Below the pieces are notes generated by a model. It searched no databases, was not told the origin of the DNA, and was given only the letters and a program-made list of their open reading frames with translations. Source: a virus. From it: 64,000 nucleotides of DNA. The translations under genes were made by a program, and so were the position numbers. Position 1 is the first letter of the stretch; every line of letters begins with the position of its first letter. Location of the stretch: the IMG/VR virus record IMGVR_UViG_3300042923_001106, positions 1 to 64,000 of that record; one strand, written 5' to 3'. Positions 28,920 through 38,333 of this stretch are shown here, piece by piece.

Positions 28920-29359
28920 ATAATCCCCTCCTATTTAGAAGGGTAGAGGTCTACTGTTGTGCAGACTTACCGATTTCACAATCATCATTTTCATTAGTTT
29001 TATTTTTATATTTGTCAGATTCAACAGTCCGAATATATTTTGCTTCAGATTCTATACATTTCACCACGTTATCTCGTAGAATCCATAATCCCATTAAGCA
29101 ATCAGTCCACTTCGTCAAAACCCTATCAATTTTATCAATATTATATTGTGCAAATCCTACTATGTTTTCGAGGGCTTCTCGACGACCCTCATCAAAAATA
29201 TCGTCATAGACTTCATCAACGATTCAGCAAATTCTTCTGCTCGACGGCGCAGCAAGGACAGATATTCTCGTGTTCGCGTTCGCAATCCATTGCATTTTGA
29301 AATGCTTCATTGAAATCGATAACGTTAGCCATTTTTATTATTCCTTTATATTTTTACTA

Positions 29360-30136
29360 TTAATCATCAATCTCTACTTCATATTTCATCATTGCATTAA
29401 ACAATTTTTCTGGAATTTGAGATCTATAGGTAATAGCGATTTCTTTTATTACTTTCTCTTTAGTTTCTTTGTATGCCAAAAACGCCTCGTATTGTGTATC
29501 AAACGTTCCCAGCACCTTGTGATAACCTAAACCATTACCACAGGACGCCTCGAATTTCTTCCTATCTTTGGTGAGACTAACACCTATAGGCAATGTTCCT
29601 CGATAGCTATCCCTTTTTGTGAAAAGTGTATTAATAAAGTGTGGAACAAAAACACAGCTTTCAGGAGAATATGTTTTATTGCCTTTCGTTAGTATATCTT
29701 TGTCCAATGCCATTATTGTATCTTCAATTTCATAGTAATTAGCATCATACCACTCACCGAACGTTTGATAATTATGCCACTCTTCTGCCACAGTACAATT
29801 TGAATAAGTAGGTATTTTTTTATGTAATTCTAAACTGTAGCACCTATTCAACATACTCTTCCAAGTAACATATTGTCGTGTATGGGCTCCATTATTACTT
29901 ACTTTATAGTTTCCCTCTCCTAAGTATCCATAAGTGTACACCGATGGCACATATGGATTCGAAAGAGTTCCTCTTTTAAATTGAACGTATTCAACACCTT
30001 TAGCAAGATAACCATCTTCAAAGAGGATATCAACATCATCGAATTTCCTATAGTCAACTATTGTCATCTTCATTCCTTTAGAAGAGTACTTGGTTTCGCC
30101 AACTCTATTTTGTGCTACAATAGTTCCCAAGTTCAT
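29360..30136 (-). CDS. Free-standing HNH-type homing endonuclease with AP2-like C-terminus
   Basis: WKSMLNRCY, EWHNYQTF, LDKDIL, YSPESCVFVP and LGTFDT motifs. Confidence 0.8.
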   Translation of the reverse strand: MNLGTIVAQNRVGETKYSSKGMKMTIVDYRKFDDVDILFEDGYLAKGVEYVQFKRGTLSNPYVPSVYTYGYLGEGNYKVSNNGAHTRQYVTWKSMLNRCYSLELHKKIPTYSNCTVAEEWHNYQTFGEWYDANYYEIEDTIMALDKDILTKGNKTYSPESCVFVPHFINTLFTKRDSYRGTLPIGVSLTKDRKKFEASCGNGLGYHKVLGTFDTQYEAFLAYKETKEKVIKEIAITYRSQIPEKLFNAMMKYEVEIDD

Positions 30137-30212
30137 GTCTCCTTTTTATATTATTAAGGAGTGGTGGGAGCCTACCTCACCATGAGTTGCTCCTTGAGAA
30201 CATTTTTTAGTT

Positions 30213-31490
30213 TTAATAAACTGTGTGTAAGATATCTAATAAACCCCGTTCTTTGTCGTAAACGAAAGATTGTGCCTTTTTTTGACTCCCAATAAACCCT
30301 TGACTATAGTGCCAGGCATCGGTTCCAGTTACACTGCTTATATGACGCACAATAATTCCATTCTGCTCTTGCACCATTTGTTCGCTGTGCAAATGTCCGA
30401 GATGGAACTCTCTATAGGAGGTTCTTCCCCAAGCCTCTTTCGCGTCAACCGGCATCGCGTGAGCAATACGCTTCTTTTCGTTGTGCCCATGTGCGAATCC
30501 TATCAGATTCTGTCCAAACTCAACATATTTCCTTGAGAGTGGACTGTTATCGATAGTTACGTTTGGGTTGCTTCTGTACCAAGCGTATAGATACTCAAGT
30601 GCATAGTAACTTATTTGTCTATCATGATTGCTCTCAATATATAAGGTATAAACTGGAGCAAATTGAGTAAGCATATCAATGCCTTCGACCAATAGTTGAA
30701 CTCCGGTTTTAAACAGATCATGCCAACGCAAATCGGTTTCCATTTTTGTACCCGAGGTTGTTGATGTGGAAAGTCCTTCATGATGAAAGAAATCCTGAGA
30801 AAAAACAAAAAGTATTTTTTCAAATTTGTAATGTTTTGTTCTATTAATAACATCATTTATTACGCCCAAGAAACGCTCTTTGGCAATTCCTTGATTATAT
30901 ATGTCATTCGAAGTAAATGAGTCAGCAACTTTGCCTAAATGAAGGTCAGAAATATTTATTTCTAACATTCTTCCGTCATTTGAATATATTGTTGGAATAT
31001 GCACCGGACTTTTGTAAAATTTACTCATTTCTTCAAATATTTCTTTTATATTATTGATTCCAAACTCATCTTTTCGAGGTTTGACAGTAATCTTACTAGA
31101 ATACAATTGGAGGATTCCGTCCTTTTTTGAGTAGGCATTCCAAATGTTATTCCTTGCAGAAATTAATTCCCATGCTTTTGAATCGAATCCATGTGCTAAC
31201 AATAAGTAACTTGGATCTTTAGTTTGTTCTAAAGACATTTTGACTAATTTATTGCTACTCTGTGTACCATCTTTATGTATCTCATGAGATTCATTAAAGT
31301 TCTGCTCTTTGCTAATATCTTGATTATCTTTTGGCTGGTCGGTACGAATGCGATTTTTGACCCAACAGCGATAAGATTCACCATCAGGAAAGAATCCATC
31401 GCTATATTTTTGAGCGAGGTCTTGCCAACTATCGGGGATTTCTCCGTTACGTTTCTTTAGACCAATATTAAACAACTTGGAATGATTCAA
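30213..31490 (-). CDS. Calcineurin-like metallophosphoesterase
   Basis: SDLHLG, QDFFH, SNHD, AHGH and GHLH motifs. Confidence 0.8.
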   Translation of the reverse strand: MNHSKLFNIGLKKRNGEIPDSWQDLAQKYSDGFFPDGESYRCWVKNRIRTDQPKDNQDISKEQNFNESHEIHKDGTQSSNKLVKMSLEQTKDPSYLLLAHGFDSKAWELISARNNIWNAYSKKDGILQLYSSKITVKPRKDEFGINNIKEIFEEMSKFYKSPVHIPTIYSNDGRMLEINISDLHLGKVADSFTSNDIYNQGIAKERFLGVINDVINRTKHYKFEKILFVFSQDFFHHEGLSTSTTSGTKMETDLRWHDLFKTGVQLLVEGIDMLTQFAPVYTLYIESNHDRQISYYALEYLYAWYRSNPNVTIDNSPLSRKYVEFGQNLIGFAHGHNEKKRIAHAMPVDAKEAWGRTSYREFHLGHLHSEQMVQEQNGIIVRHISSVTGTDAWHYSQGFIGSQKKAQSFVYDKERGLLDILHTVY

Positions 31491-31496
31491 TTTTAA

Positions 31497-31691
31497 TCAC
31501 TCCTCAGAAGGATCAGCAGGTATTTCGGTGGTTCCGCTGAATGATATCTCCAACCCATCTAACTTCTCAAGTTCTGCTCTTAAATCGAAGACTTGCTTCC
31601 CATTTTTGTCTTCAAATGTTACAGTCATATTTTCAAAGTCAAATTTCCCAGTGCGATTAAATGATCTTGAATCATGATTTTTCTTGGCCAC
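31497..31691 (-). CDS. yonK: YonK-family protein
   Basis: 64 aa; GKFDFENMTVT...FDLRAELEKLDGLEISFS pattern like SPbeta YonK; same synteny. Confidence 0.7.
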   Translation of the reverse strand: MAKKNHDSRSFNRTGKFDFENMTVTFEDKNGKQVFDLRAELEKLDGLEISFSGTTEIPADPSEE

Positions 31692-31735
31692 TTTTCACAA
31701 CTCCCATATATCATCATTTTATTTAATTAAAATTA

Positions 31736-32914
31736 TTACATCCTATCAGCAATAGTCGCGATTTTGCTTCGATAAATAGTGTTAAATGTCATTTCTCCGT
31801 AGATATCGGTTCCTCGAAAAATGCTGCTCATGCGTCTTATTCCGTTATTAAATCCAGCAAAAGCATCTGAGTCTACTTGAGTCTTGTCGTCTCCATCAAC
31901 TATAATTTTGGAGCCATTTGCAACTCTTTGAAGTGTGAGCTTTAATAGGTCGACGGAGGCGTTCTGCGCTTCCGTAATCCACAAAACAGAATCGTCTCCG
32001 CTGTCATACCCCCGAATATCAACCATTGGTATTATAACGATTTTGCCAGTTGCAATCATTGCTTCAACTGTCGGTCTGTCACCAAATTTACTGATGAGAA
32101 TATTGCCAATGCTGGATTGTAAAAGTTTTTCGTTCTTGTCACCTTTATAGAAACCTATGGGTTGTGCATGTTTTACAGGTACAGGATTTACTAAGCAAAC
32201 TAACTTTGAGTATTTTGTACTGTCGATTAGGCTCATTGCGTAATTTAAGGCAACTAGACTCTTTCCCGATCCTGCTTTGCCTCTTAAAAGGGTCACGTCA
32301 TTTGAATGTAGGCTATCTGTAGCACACTTCTGATATATATCAAGAGGCTTGAATTTTCCAAAATGAGCTGAAGAAATTGTTTTATTAGTTACTTGAATGT
32401 ATTTACTACCATTCCACTTATAAGCGTCCACAACTTCGCCACTTCGCCGAATAATCAGGTACTGATTAAGAAGAAGATCATATCTATTAATGGTTAAATC
32501 CTCATAAAACTGAGCTAATTCTGTGTCATTCATGTTTAATTCGACATACCCACTGTAATCGTCTTCGTTATTATCAAGATCAAAACATTCGATATCTTTT
32601 GCTTTTGCTTTCAGTTGAACATTGAAATCTTCACTAATAAGAACAGCGTTGTATTTCTGAGCACAAGCAATAATTACATCGTCGTTGTTCCCATTATGAA
32701 GGATTGAATGTTTATTATCGAATTCAAAATCGTATACAACATTGGATGTTTTTAATTTTCTAATTGCTTGTCTTGCTCGATAAGCTGTCTCAGTAAGCCC
32801 CATCTTCAATTTATCCAATTCGATCAATACGATGAACGGCAATATTTTATCACCTTCCATATCAAGAAGGTCAGATCGAAGTAATAGAGCGTTAGTGTCG
32901 AACACAAACTTCAT
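31736..32914 (-). CDS. phoH: PIN-PhoH protein
   Basis: N-terminal PIN (FDTNALL, NDDVII, SEDFNV) plus PhoH ATPase (GKAGSGKS, IRGYD, TEAQN, DGDDKTQ). Confidence 0.9.
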   Translation of the reverse strand: MKFVFDTNALLLRSDLLDMEGDKILPFIVLIELDKLKMGLTETAYRARQAIRKLKTSNVVYDFEFDNKHSILHNGNNDDVIIACAQKYNAVLISEDFNVQLKAKAKDIECFDLDNNEDDYSGYVELNMNDTELAQFYEDLTINRYDLLLNQYLIIRRSGEVVDAYKWNGSKYIQVTNKTISSAHFGKFKPLDIYQKCATDSLHSNDVTLLRGKAGSGKSLVALNYAMSLIDSTKYSKLVCLVNPVPVKHAQPIGFYKGDKNEKLLQSSIGNILISKFGDRPTVEAMIATGKIVIIPMVDIRGYDSGDDSVLWITEAQNASVDLLKLTLQRVANGSKIIVDGDDKTQVDSDAFAGFNNGIRRMSSIFRGTDIYGEMTFNTIYRSKIATIADRM

Positions 32915-32967
32915 AATGTTACCCCGTTTCTAGTGTTGGGTAGAATATATAAAGGAGCGATAACAAT

Positions 32968-34327
32968 GGGTCTGTCAAGAATTTTGTGTAAACTCTTTTA
33001 TTGGAATCTCCCCGGAGGGGAGATCGACCCTCCTCAGCGAAGGTGTTGACCGATTCTCTCTGGGAAGAAGACGGACAACTGCAGGAGCATTTGACCCCAG
33101 TTTTGGACACGGCCGGTCCATTTTCGTGTGACGTCCATCGTGACCAGGTACAGCATCTTCAGTAAAGCCTCGTCGCTTGGGAAAATGCTCTTTCCTTTGG
33201 TGACTTTGCGCAGTTGACGATGGTAGCTCTCGATCATGTTCGTCGTGTAGATGAGCTTGCGCAGCTCCGGCGGATACTTGAAGAAAGTGGCAAGCTCGTC
33301 CCAGTTGCTGCGCCACGAGCGGATAATGAGCGGGTACTTGACGCCCCATGTCTCCTCGAAGCGGTCCAGCTCTAGCAAGGCCATTTCCTCGGTCGTAGCC
33401 TTGTAGATGGGCTTCAGATCAGCCGTCACCTTCTTCAGATCCTTGTAGGAGACATAACGTGTCGAGTTGCGGATCTGGTGGATGATACACTTTTGAATCT
33501 CCGTCTTCGGATAGCAGGCCGAGATCGCCTGTGAGAAGCCCGTGAGGTTGTCCACGCAGGTGATGAGAATGTCCTGGACGCCGCGATGCTTGAGGTCGTT
33601 TAGGACGCTCAGCCAGAACTTGGCGGACTCGTTCTCGCCAATCCACATGCCCAGCACGTCCTTGTTGCCGTCCAGATCAATGCCGATGACCATGTAGGCC
33701 GCTTTGTTCACAATGGCACCGTCCTGCTTGACCTTAAAGTGGATCGCATCCAGAAAGACGACAGCGTACACGCCCTGCAGTGGCCGATTCTGCCACTCCT
33801 TAATGAGCGGAATGATCTTGTTTGTGACATTGGAAATGAAGGTCGGCGAAACCTCCAGCCCGTACAGATTTTGCAGATGGTCTTGGATCTCCCGCGTGCT
33901 GACGCCTTTGGCGTACAGGGCAATAATCTGGTCTTCGATGCCGGTGACATTGGACTGATGCTTCTTCACAACGAGCGGCTCGAACTCGCCCAGACGGTCA
34001 CGAGGGACGGAGATCTCCTGGTCGCCGTATTCGCTGGTAACGGTCTTCTTGCTCTTGCCGTTGCGGCTGTTCTTCGTCTGCTTGTTCTGCACCTCATGCT
34101 TGCTATAGCCTAGATGCGTGTCCATCTCGGCCTCCAGCATCTCCTGCAGCGTTTCGGCAAACAAGTCCTTGAGCGCGTTTTGTGCGTCCTGTGCGGTGAC
34201 CAGGTTGTTTTCTTTGATGAAGCTACGAAGCTGTTCTTTCGTCCATAATCCCATGTGTGCTCTCCAACCTTTCTACTGTTTTCATTTTAATCGGTATGAG
34301 AGTTTACACAAAGTATTTTACAGACTC
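32968..34327 (-). mobile_element. IS256-family insertion sequence, 1360 bp, 8-bp TSD ATAACAAT
   Basis: Imperfect TIRs GGGTCTGTCAAGAATTTTGTGTAAACTCT / GAGTCTGTAAAATACTTTGTGTAAACTCT; TSD at 32960-67 and 34328-35; visibly higher GC than the flanks. Confidence 0.95.
33034..34254 (-). CDS. IS256-family (Mutator) transposase
   Basis: SRNGK, PRDRLG, FLDAI, DNLTGF, QKCIIHQIRN and TTNMIES motifs. Confidence 0.96.
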   Translation of the reverse strand: MGLWTKEQLRSFIKENNLVTAQDAQNALKDLFAETLQEMLEAEMDTHLGYSKHEVQNKQTKNSRNGKSKKTVTSEYGDQEISVPRDRLGEFEPLVVKKHQSNVTGIEDQIIALYAKGVSTREIQDHLQNLYGLEVSPTFISNVTNKIIPLIKEWQNRPLQGVYAVVFLDAIHFKVKQDGAIVNKAAYMVIGIDLDGNKDVLGMWIGENESAKFWLSVLNDLKHRGVQDILITCVDNLTGFSQAISACYPKTEIQKCIIHQIRNSTRYVSYKDLKKVTADLKPIYKATTEEMALLELDRFEETWGVKYPLIIRSWRSNWDELATFFKYPPELRKLIYTTNMIESYHRQLRKVTKGKSIFPSDEALLKMLYLVTMDVTRKWTGRVQNWGQMLLQLSVFFPERIGQHLR

Positions 34328-34408
34328 ATAACAATCGCTCCTTGTGTTTCGGCTCCTTACCGGAGACGTATTAAATATATTATTGCACCTCTTAGCGAAT
34401 GTATCGTT

Positions 34409-34681
34409 TTATTTTATCGCTTCCTTCAGTTTATTACCGGCTTTGAAAGCAGGTACAGTTGTTTCTGGGATTTCAATTTCTTCGCCTGTCTGGGGATTAC
34501 GTCCTTTACGAGCAGCACGCTTACGCGGTTCGAACGATCCGAAGCCGATTAGCTGCACCTTCTCTCCATTTTGAAGTGCTTCTGTAATCTCGACTTGAAA
34601 TGATTCAATTACTGTTCCAATATCTTTTTTAGCCAATTCTGTTTTTCCTGCAATATTTTTAATCAATGTTTCTTTGTTCAT
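34409..34681 (-). CDS. hup: HU DNA-binding protein
   Basis: MNKETLIK...VQLIGFGSFEPRKRAARKGRNPQTGEEIEIPETTVPAFKAG; ATG 34681 after AAAGGGAG. Confidence 0.95.
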   Translation of the reverse strand: MNKETLIKNIAGKTELAKKDIGTVIESFQVEITEALQNGEKVQLIGFGSFEPRKRAARKGRNPQTGEEIEIPETTVPAFKAGNKLKEAIK

Positions 34682-34770
34682 ATTTTTAAATCTCCCTTTT
34701 ATTTTTAGTTTTTTTGGTAAGAAAAGAGCAATCCTCTTCTTCCATATAAGCAATATTTTCATTATTCTCG

Positions 34771-34795
34771 AAATCCCTTATGTATCAAGGGTTTT
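34771..34795. repeat. Inverted repeat AAATCCCTT-ATGTATC-AAGGGTTTT, copy 2
   Basis: Same arms and 6/7-identical core as 15627-49, same orientation, intergenic. Confidence 0.6.
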
Positions 34796-34804
34796 CAGCA
34801 CTTT

Positions 34805-35554
34805 TCATTTTCCTAAATTATAATATCTTTTATTTTGTTCGTTCTTTATTATTTTAGCACATGCATTACAGTACTTATGTACGTTCTTATTTTTTCGAAA
34901 CATCCTACTACACTTCAAACACTCACCAATATTGTGACCTTTCCATCTAAGGTAATAATAAACAATATCTCGAAAGTCAGTTATTGTGATTGCAGATTCA
35001 TCTTTGTTATCGGAATAATTAACTCTAATATTTGTGCAATCAACTTTTCTTGATGTATCAACCAAGCCTAAGTTAAGCAATTCGTGAATCATTAGTTCTT
35101 GTTTATGTTTAGTTAATGCTACTTTACAATCACTAAAAACGTCTTTTACATCGCTATTTACCCAATATGTATTGTTTTTGTTTTTAACATTATATATCTT
35201 GCTATAGACTAACAAAACGAATGCTAGTCTTTCCAATTTGTTATTATTTAGAGAGGAAATGACTTGCAATTCTCCTCTAGTTACGTGTAACTCATTTATA
35301 ATTAACATATCCACTTTGTTTCTTTTTTCTTGAATTATTAATTCATCAAATTTTGGCTGCCAATAAGTTGTATTGTAATCTTTATAACTTGTTTTCATAA
35401 ACTCGCTTAAAGTCTGCTTTATCTGATCTGCATTCATCCCTTTATCTAATAGATATCTAATTATTATTCTCAATGTACCAGATGGATACTTATCTTTTTT
35501 TCCTTTTTTTAATGCATCTTCGGCATACTTCTTTTCATTTACTACTATTTTCAG
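34805..35554 (-). CDS. Conserved protein downstream of YonO, C-terminal Zn ribbon; probable CTG start
   Basis: Open frame extends 27 codons upstream of track start 35473 to CTG 35554, with GGAGG RBS just upstream; CLKC...CNAC motif. Confidence 0.7.
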   Translation of the reverse strand: MKIVVNEKKYAEDALKKGKKDKYPSGTLRIIIRYLLDKGMNADQIKQTLSEFMKTSYKDYNTTYWQPKFDELIIQEKRNKVDMLIINELHVTRGELQVISSLNNNKLERLAFVLLVYSKIYNVKNKNNTYWVNSDVKDVFSDCKVALTKHKQELMIHELLNLGLVDTSRKVDCTNIRVNYSDNKDESAITITDFRDIVYYYLRWKGHNIGECLKCSRMFRKNKNVHKYCNACAKIIKNEQNKRYYNLGK

Positions 35555-35561
35555 ATTTGAT

Positions 35562-38312
35562 CTACCTCCAATTTTTTGTGGTCATTGACAGATATTGTCC
35601 ATTAAATTCAATATCGCCTTTTTCATTAAGTATAGGAAAGTTATATTTATTACCATTTTTACTTAATAAGTTTTTGATCATTTGCTCTCCGCATATATCC
35701 CATGCGAATTGTTTTGATTTATTGCCATTTTTATAACACAAATCTACTACGATATTACACAATTCTTCTTCATTATTGCACAGTTCTAATGCTTTCTGTT
35801 TAAAGTGCTGTACAAATACTTCTCGATGATTATAAACATTTGAATCATGCATCCGTATATTCTTTAATTCTTTAGCGTGATCCTGCATTTTTACATTATG
35901 TTCACTATATAATTCTTTAATTTTATTATATCTGCCAATAGAATAGTTTGAGTTTGATTTTAAAATAGCATAATCGAAACTCGCTTCTTTAAACTTGTCA
36001 CTAACTCGATCAAATTCGCTCTCAATTTTCCTACATATCTTATTCATTACAGATGAGGATAATGAAACTGGCATTCTTTTTTGGTAAGTATTAATAAATT
36101 CAATTTCTTGAATAGTCTTATCTTGTTTTGACAGAAGTTCAGAGAGTGATAATCCAAATAATCTAATGCAATTTCTCTCGCAATTGTTTATGTATTGCTT
36201 ATACTCCTTCATTAGTTCAGGATAAATATAAATAAAGAAATATGGTTTCTTGTCTGCAAGTATCCTTAAATTTAACTCTTTCCTTTTCTTGACTTCCGTA
36301 GAGTCACCTTCTCTTATTATATTTGATTTATAGTCACACCATTCTTTTGGCATAGGTTTACTAACAATACCTTTGGTTTTATCGATAGCGTTCTGTTGAT
36401 AGTTTTGACCACACTGGATTCTATACTCAAGTTCTTTATATTCTTCGCAACGTGGTTCAAAATTTGCTAATACATCAAACATTGAGGTTATCCTATTGGT
36501 TGTTGTTCCTATTGCATCGCCAAAACTGTCCTTATTAGCCTTTATCAAGTCGCCTTCCTCAACAATCTTCTTCGTAGCTGTTTTCTGAACACACACAATC
36601 GCATCGAGTTCTTTTATTGATTTCATAATAATCGGATTATCTGTCAACAAAACCGTATCACCGTCTTTATCGGCCCCGTTTAAAGCATGAGTAGTTGTTC
36701 CCCATGAATTAAATATGGTGACAGTATTCATGTATGTATACCACTTTCGGGTTTTTTCATTGTCAACCAACCGCAATATTCTTATGTTGTTGTGGCAAGT
36801 CATTGGAGCACGAAAACACGACACTTTATCAATTTTTCGGTCAGTCCAATATTTATTATAAAATTCGCCGGTCTTGAGCAATCCAGTTACTTTTAATCCA
36901 AACATACTTTGACAAAGACTATATGGATCACCAGAGATAGTACTGTAATTACCATGCACCTTTAATACTCCAACTTTAGCATCCTTAATTCGTTTTTTAA
37001 TCATATTATGTATTTTATTTCTTACAAAAGGATCATCAATCATTCTCGCATCAACCATTAATGCCTTCGTGAAGTCATTGCTTCCGTATATAAAATCTTC
37101 TTCTGCTATATGTGTTCCTTTCAAAAAAAGCAACGACTTCCTATAATCTCCACCTAATACCTCATGAATTTCTTTTACAGTCGGATTGGTCAGTTCATCA
37201 ATATCTTGATCAGATAAATCTAATGATTGTATAAACTGATAATTCAGATTTCGTTGATTTTCTAGTTCTTTAGGCGTTATCTTTGTCACACTAAATGTAT
37301 ATCCGTTCTTTTCGCAGCACTCTAAGTAATGCTCAATACTTTTATAAGAATCCCATAGTTTAAGCATAGATGTTGTTAGAACTACTTCAACATTGCGTAT
37401 ATCTTTTTTATGCCCCCATGCATCTATGACGAAATACTGCTCCGCAACTTCAGATGCAAACTGATGAAGGTCGAATGTGAAAAGCATACCTTTTGCATAA
37501 CTATTTCTTACACAAAATCCGCTAGGAATATAATCTTCTCCTAATTCGCTTCCCCAAACCTCACTTAAATAAGGAGATATTAGTCCATACCCATCGCTTT
37601 CTTCTAGCAAAATTTCGAAATCTTGCTCGTTAGTAATAATAGGGTATTCCGAATCAGTGTCATCAATTTTGATTACATTTGTTTTAAATGTAGTGACACA
37701 ATCTTTAACGACAAGTACTCCTCTTGGATTCGAAACCGGGGTGCTTCCACTGCATACCAACGATTTATAAGCTTCAAGCTTTGCTGGAACAAATTGTTTA
37801 TTATTAATTCTATCGTTCTCAATTTTATTATTTAGTTCATCGAAAACAACATCACTTACATAAACTACGGTACTATTTTTTGCTCCACCAGTTGTAGCCA
37901 AAAGTCGTTTGAATTTTGTCCCATTGATAAAGAACCCTTTAGTACTATTTAATCGATCAAAATCTTTATTTTTATCGATTACAATACAAACAAAATGCTT
38001 TATAAACAGAAGATCATATAATTTATCATATAATAGCTTAATTTTTTTACGGTTTTGAATATCTGTTGGAAGTTTCTTTGTTTTTTTGATCTCTAATTTT
38101 ACATTGTTAACTTGTTCTTGAAAAAATGTATATTCAAATGATTTATTTTCAATTTGTCTTATAAATCGTAATGCAGCGCTATCACCAATAGAAATCAATT
38201 CTTTATTTTTTATTGCCTCATCAAGACCGAGATTTAAATTCCAATTAGAATTCCTAAGCCGAGAAGAGTGAATTTTAAATATGTATGACAAACTGGATTG
38301 TTGCTTACTCAA
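35562..38312 (-). CDS. yonO: YonO-like phage DNA-dependent RNA polymerase
   Basis: 916 aa; catalytic NGADKDGD (DxDGD), FRAPM, SDGYG and FCVR motifs; SPbeta synteny next to HU/YonK. Confidence 0.88.
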   Translation of the reverse strand: MSKQQSSLSYIFKIHSSRLRNSNWNLNLGLDEAIKNKELISIGDSAALRFIRQIENKSFEYTFFQEQVNNVKLEIKKTKKLPTDIQNRKKIKLLYDKLYDLLFIKHFVCIVIDKNKDFDRLNSTKGFFINGTKFKRLLATTGGAKNSTVVYVSDVVFDELNNKIENDRINNKQFVPAKLEAYKSLVCSGSTPVSNPRGVLVVKDCVTTFKTNVIKIDDTDSEYPIITNEQDFEILLEESDGYGLISPYLSEVWGSELGEDYIPSGFCVRNSYAKGMLFTFDLHQFASEVAEQYFVIDAWGHKKDIRNVEVVLTTSMLKLWDSYKSIEHYLECCEKNGYTFSVTKITPKELENQRNLNYQFIQSLDLSDQDIDELTNPTVKEIHEVLGGDYRKSLLFLKGTHIAEEDFIYGSNDFTKALMVDARMIDDPFVRNKIHNMIKKRIKDAKVGVLKVHGNYSTISGDPYSLCQSMFGLKVTGLLKTGEFYNKYWTDRKIDKVSCFRAPMTCHNNIRILRLVDNEKTRKWYTYMNTVTIFNSWGTTTHALNGADKDGDTVLLTDNPIIMKSIKELDAIVCVQKTATKKIVEEGDLIKANKDSFGDAIGTTTNRITSMFDVLANFEPRCEEYKELEYRIQCGQNYQQNAIDKTKGIVSKPMPKEWCDYKSNIIREGDSTEVKKRKELNLRILADKKPYFFIYIYPELMKEYKQYINNCERNCIRLFGLSLSELLSKQDKTIQEIEFINTYQKRMPVSLSSSVMNKICRKIESEFDRVSDKFKEASFDYAILKSNSNYSIGRYNKIKELYSEHNVKMQDHAKELKNIRMHDSNVYNHREVFVQHFKQKALELCNNEEELCNIVVDLCYKNGNKSKQFAWDICGEQMIKNLLSKNGNKYNFPILNEKGDIEFNGQYLSMTTKNWR

Positions 38313-38333
38313 TATAGTTTTATCCCTCCTTTT

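Noticed and set aside
13673-32150. Short antisense or alternative-frame ORFs within the recombinase, structural, terminase, HNH, phosphoesterase and PhoH genes
   Set aside because: Entirely overlap well-supported genes; no independent evidence
32930-32980. IS256 hybrid promoter driving phoH
   Set aside because: An outward TTGACA exists at the IS end, but the nearest TATA-like hexamer is 21-23 bp away, outside the 16-18 bp spacing
32919-34574. Extra ORFs inside and beside the IS256
   Set aside because: By-products of GC-rich transposase coding sequence or antisense to hup
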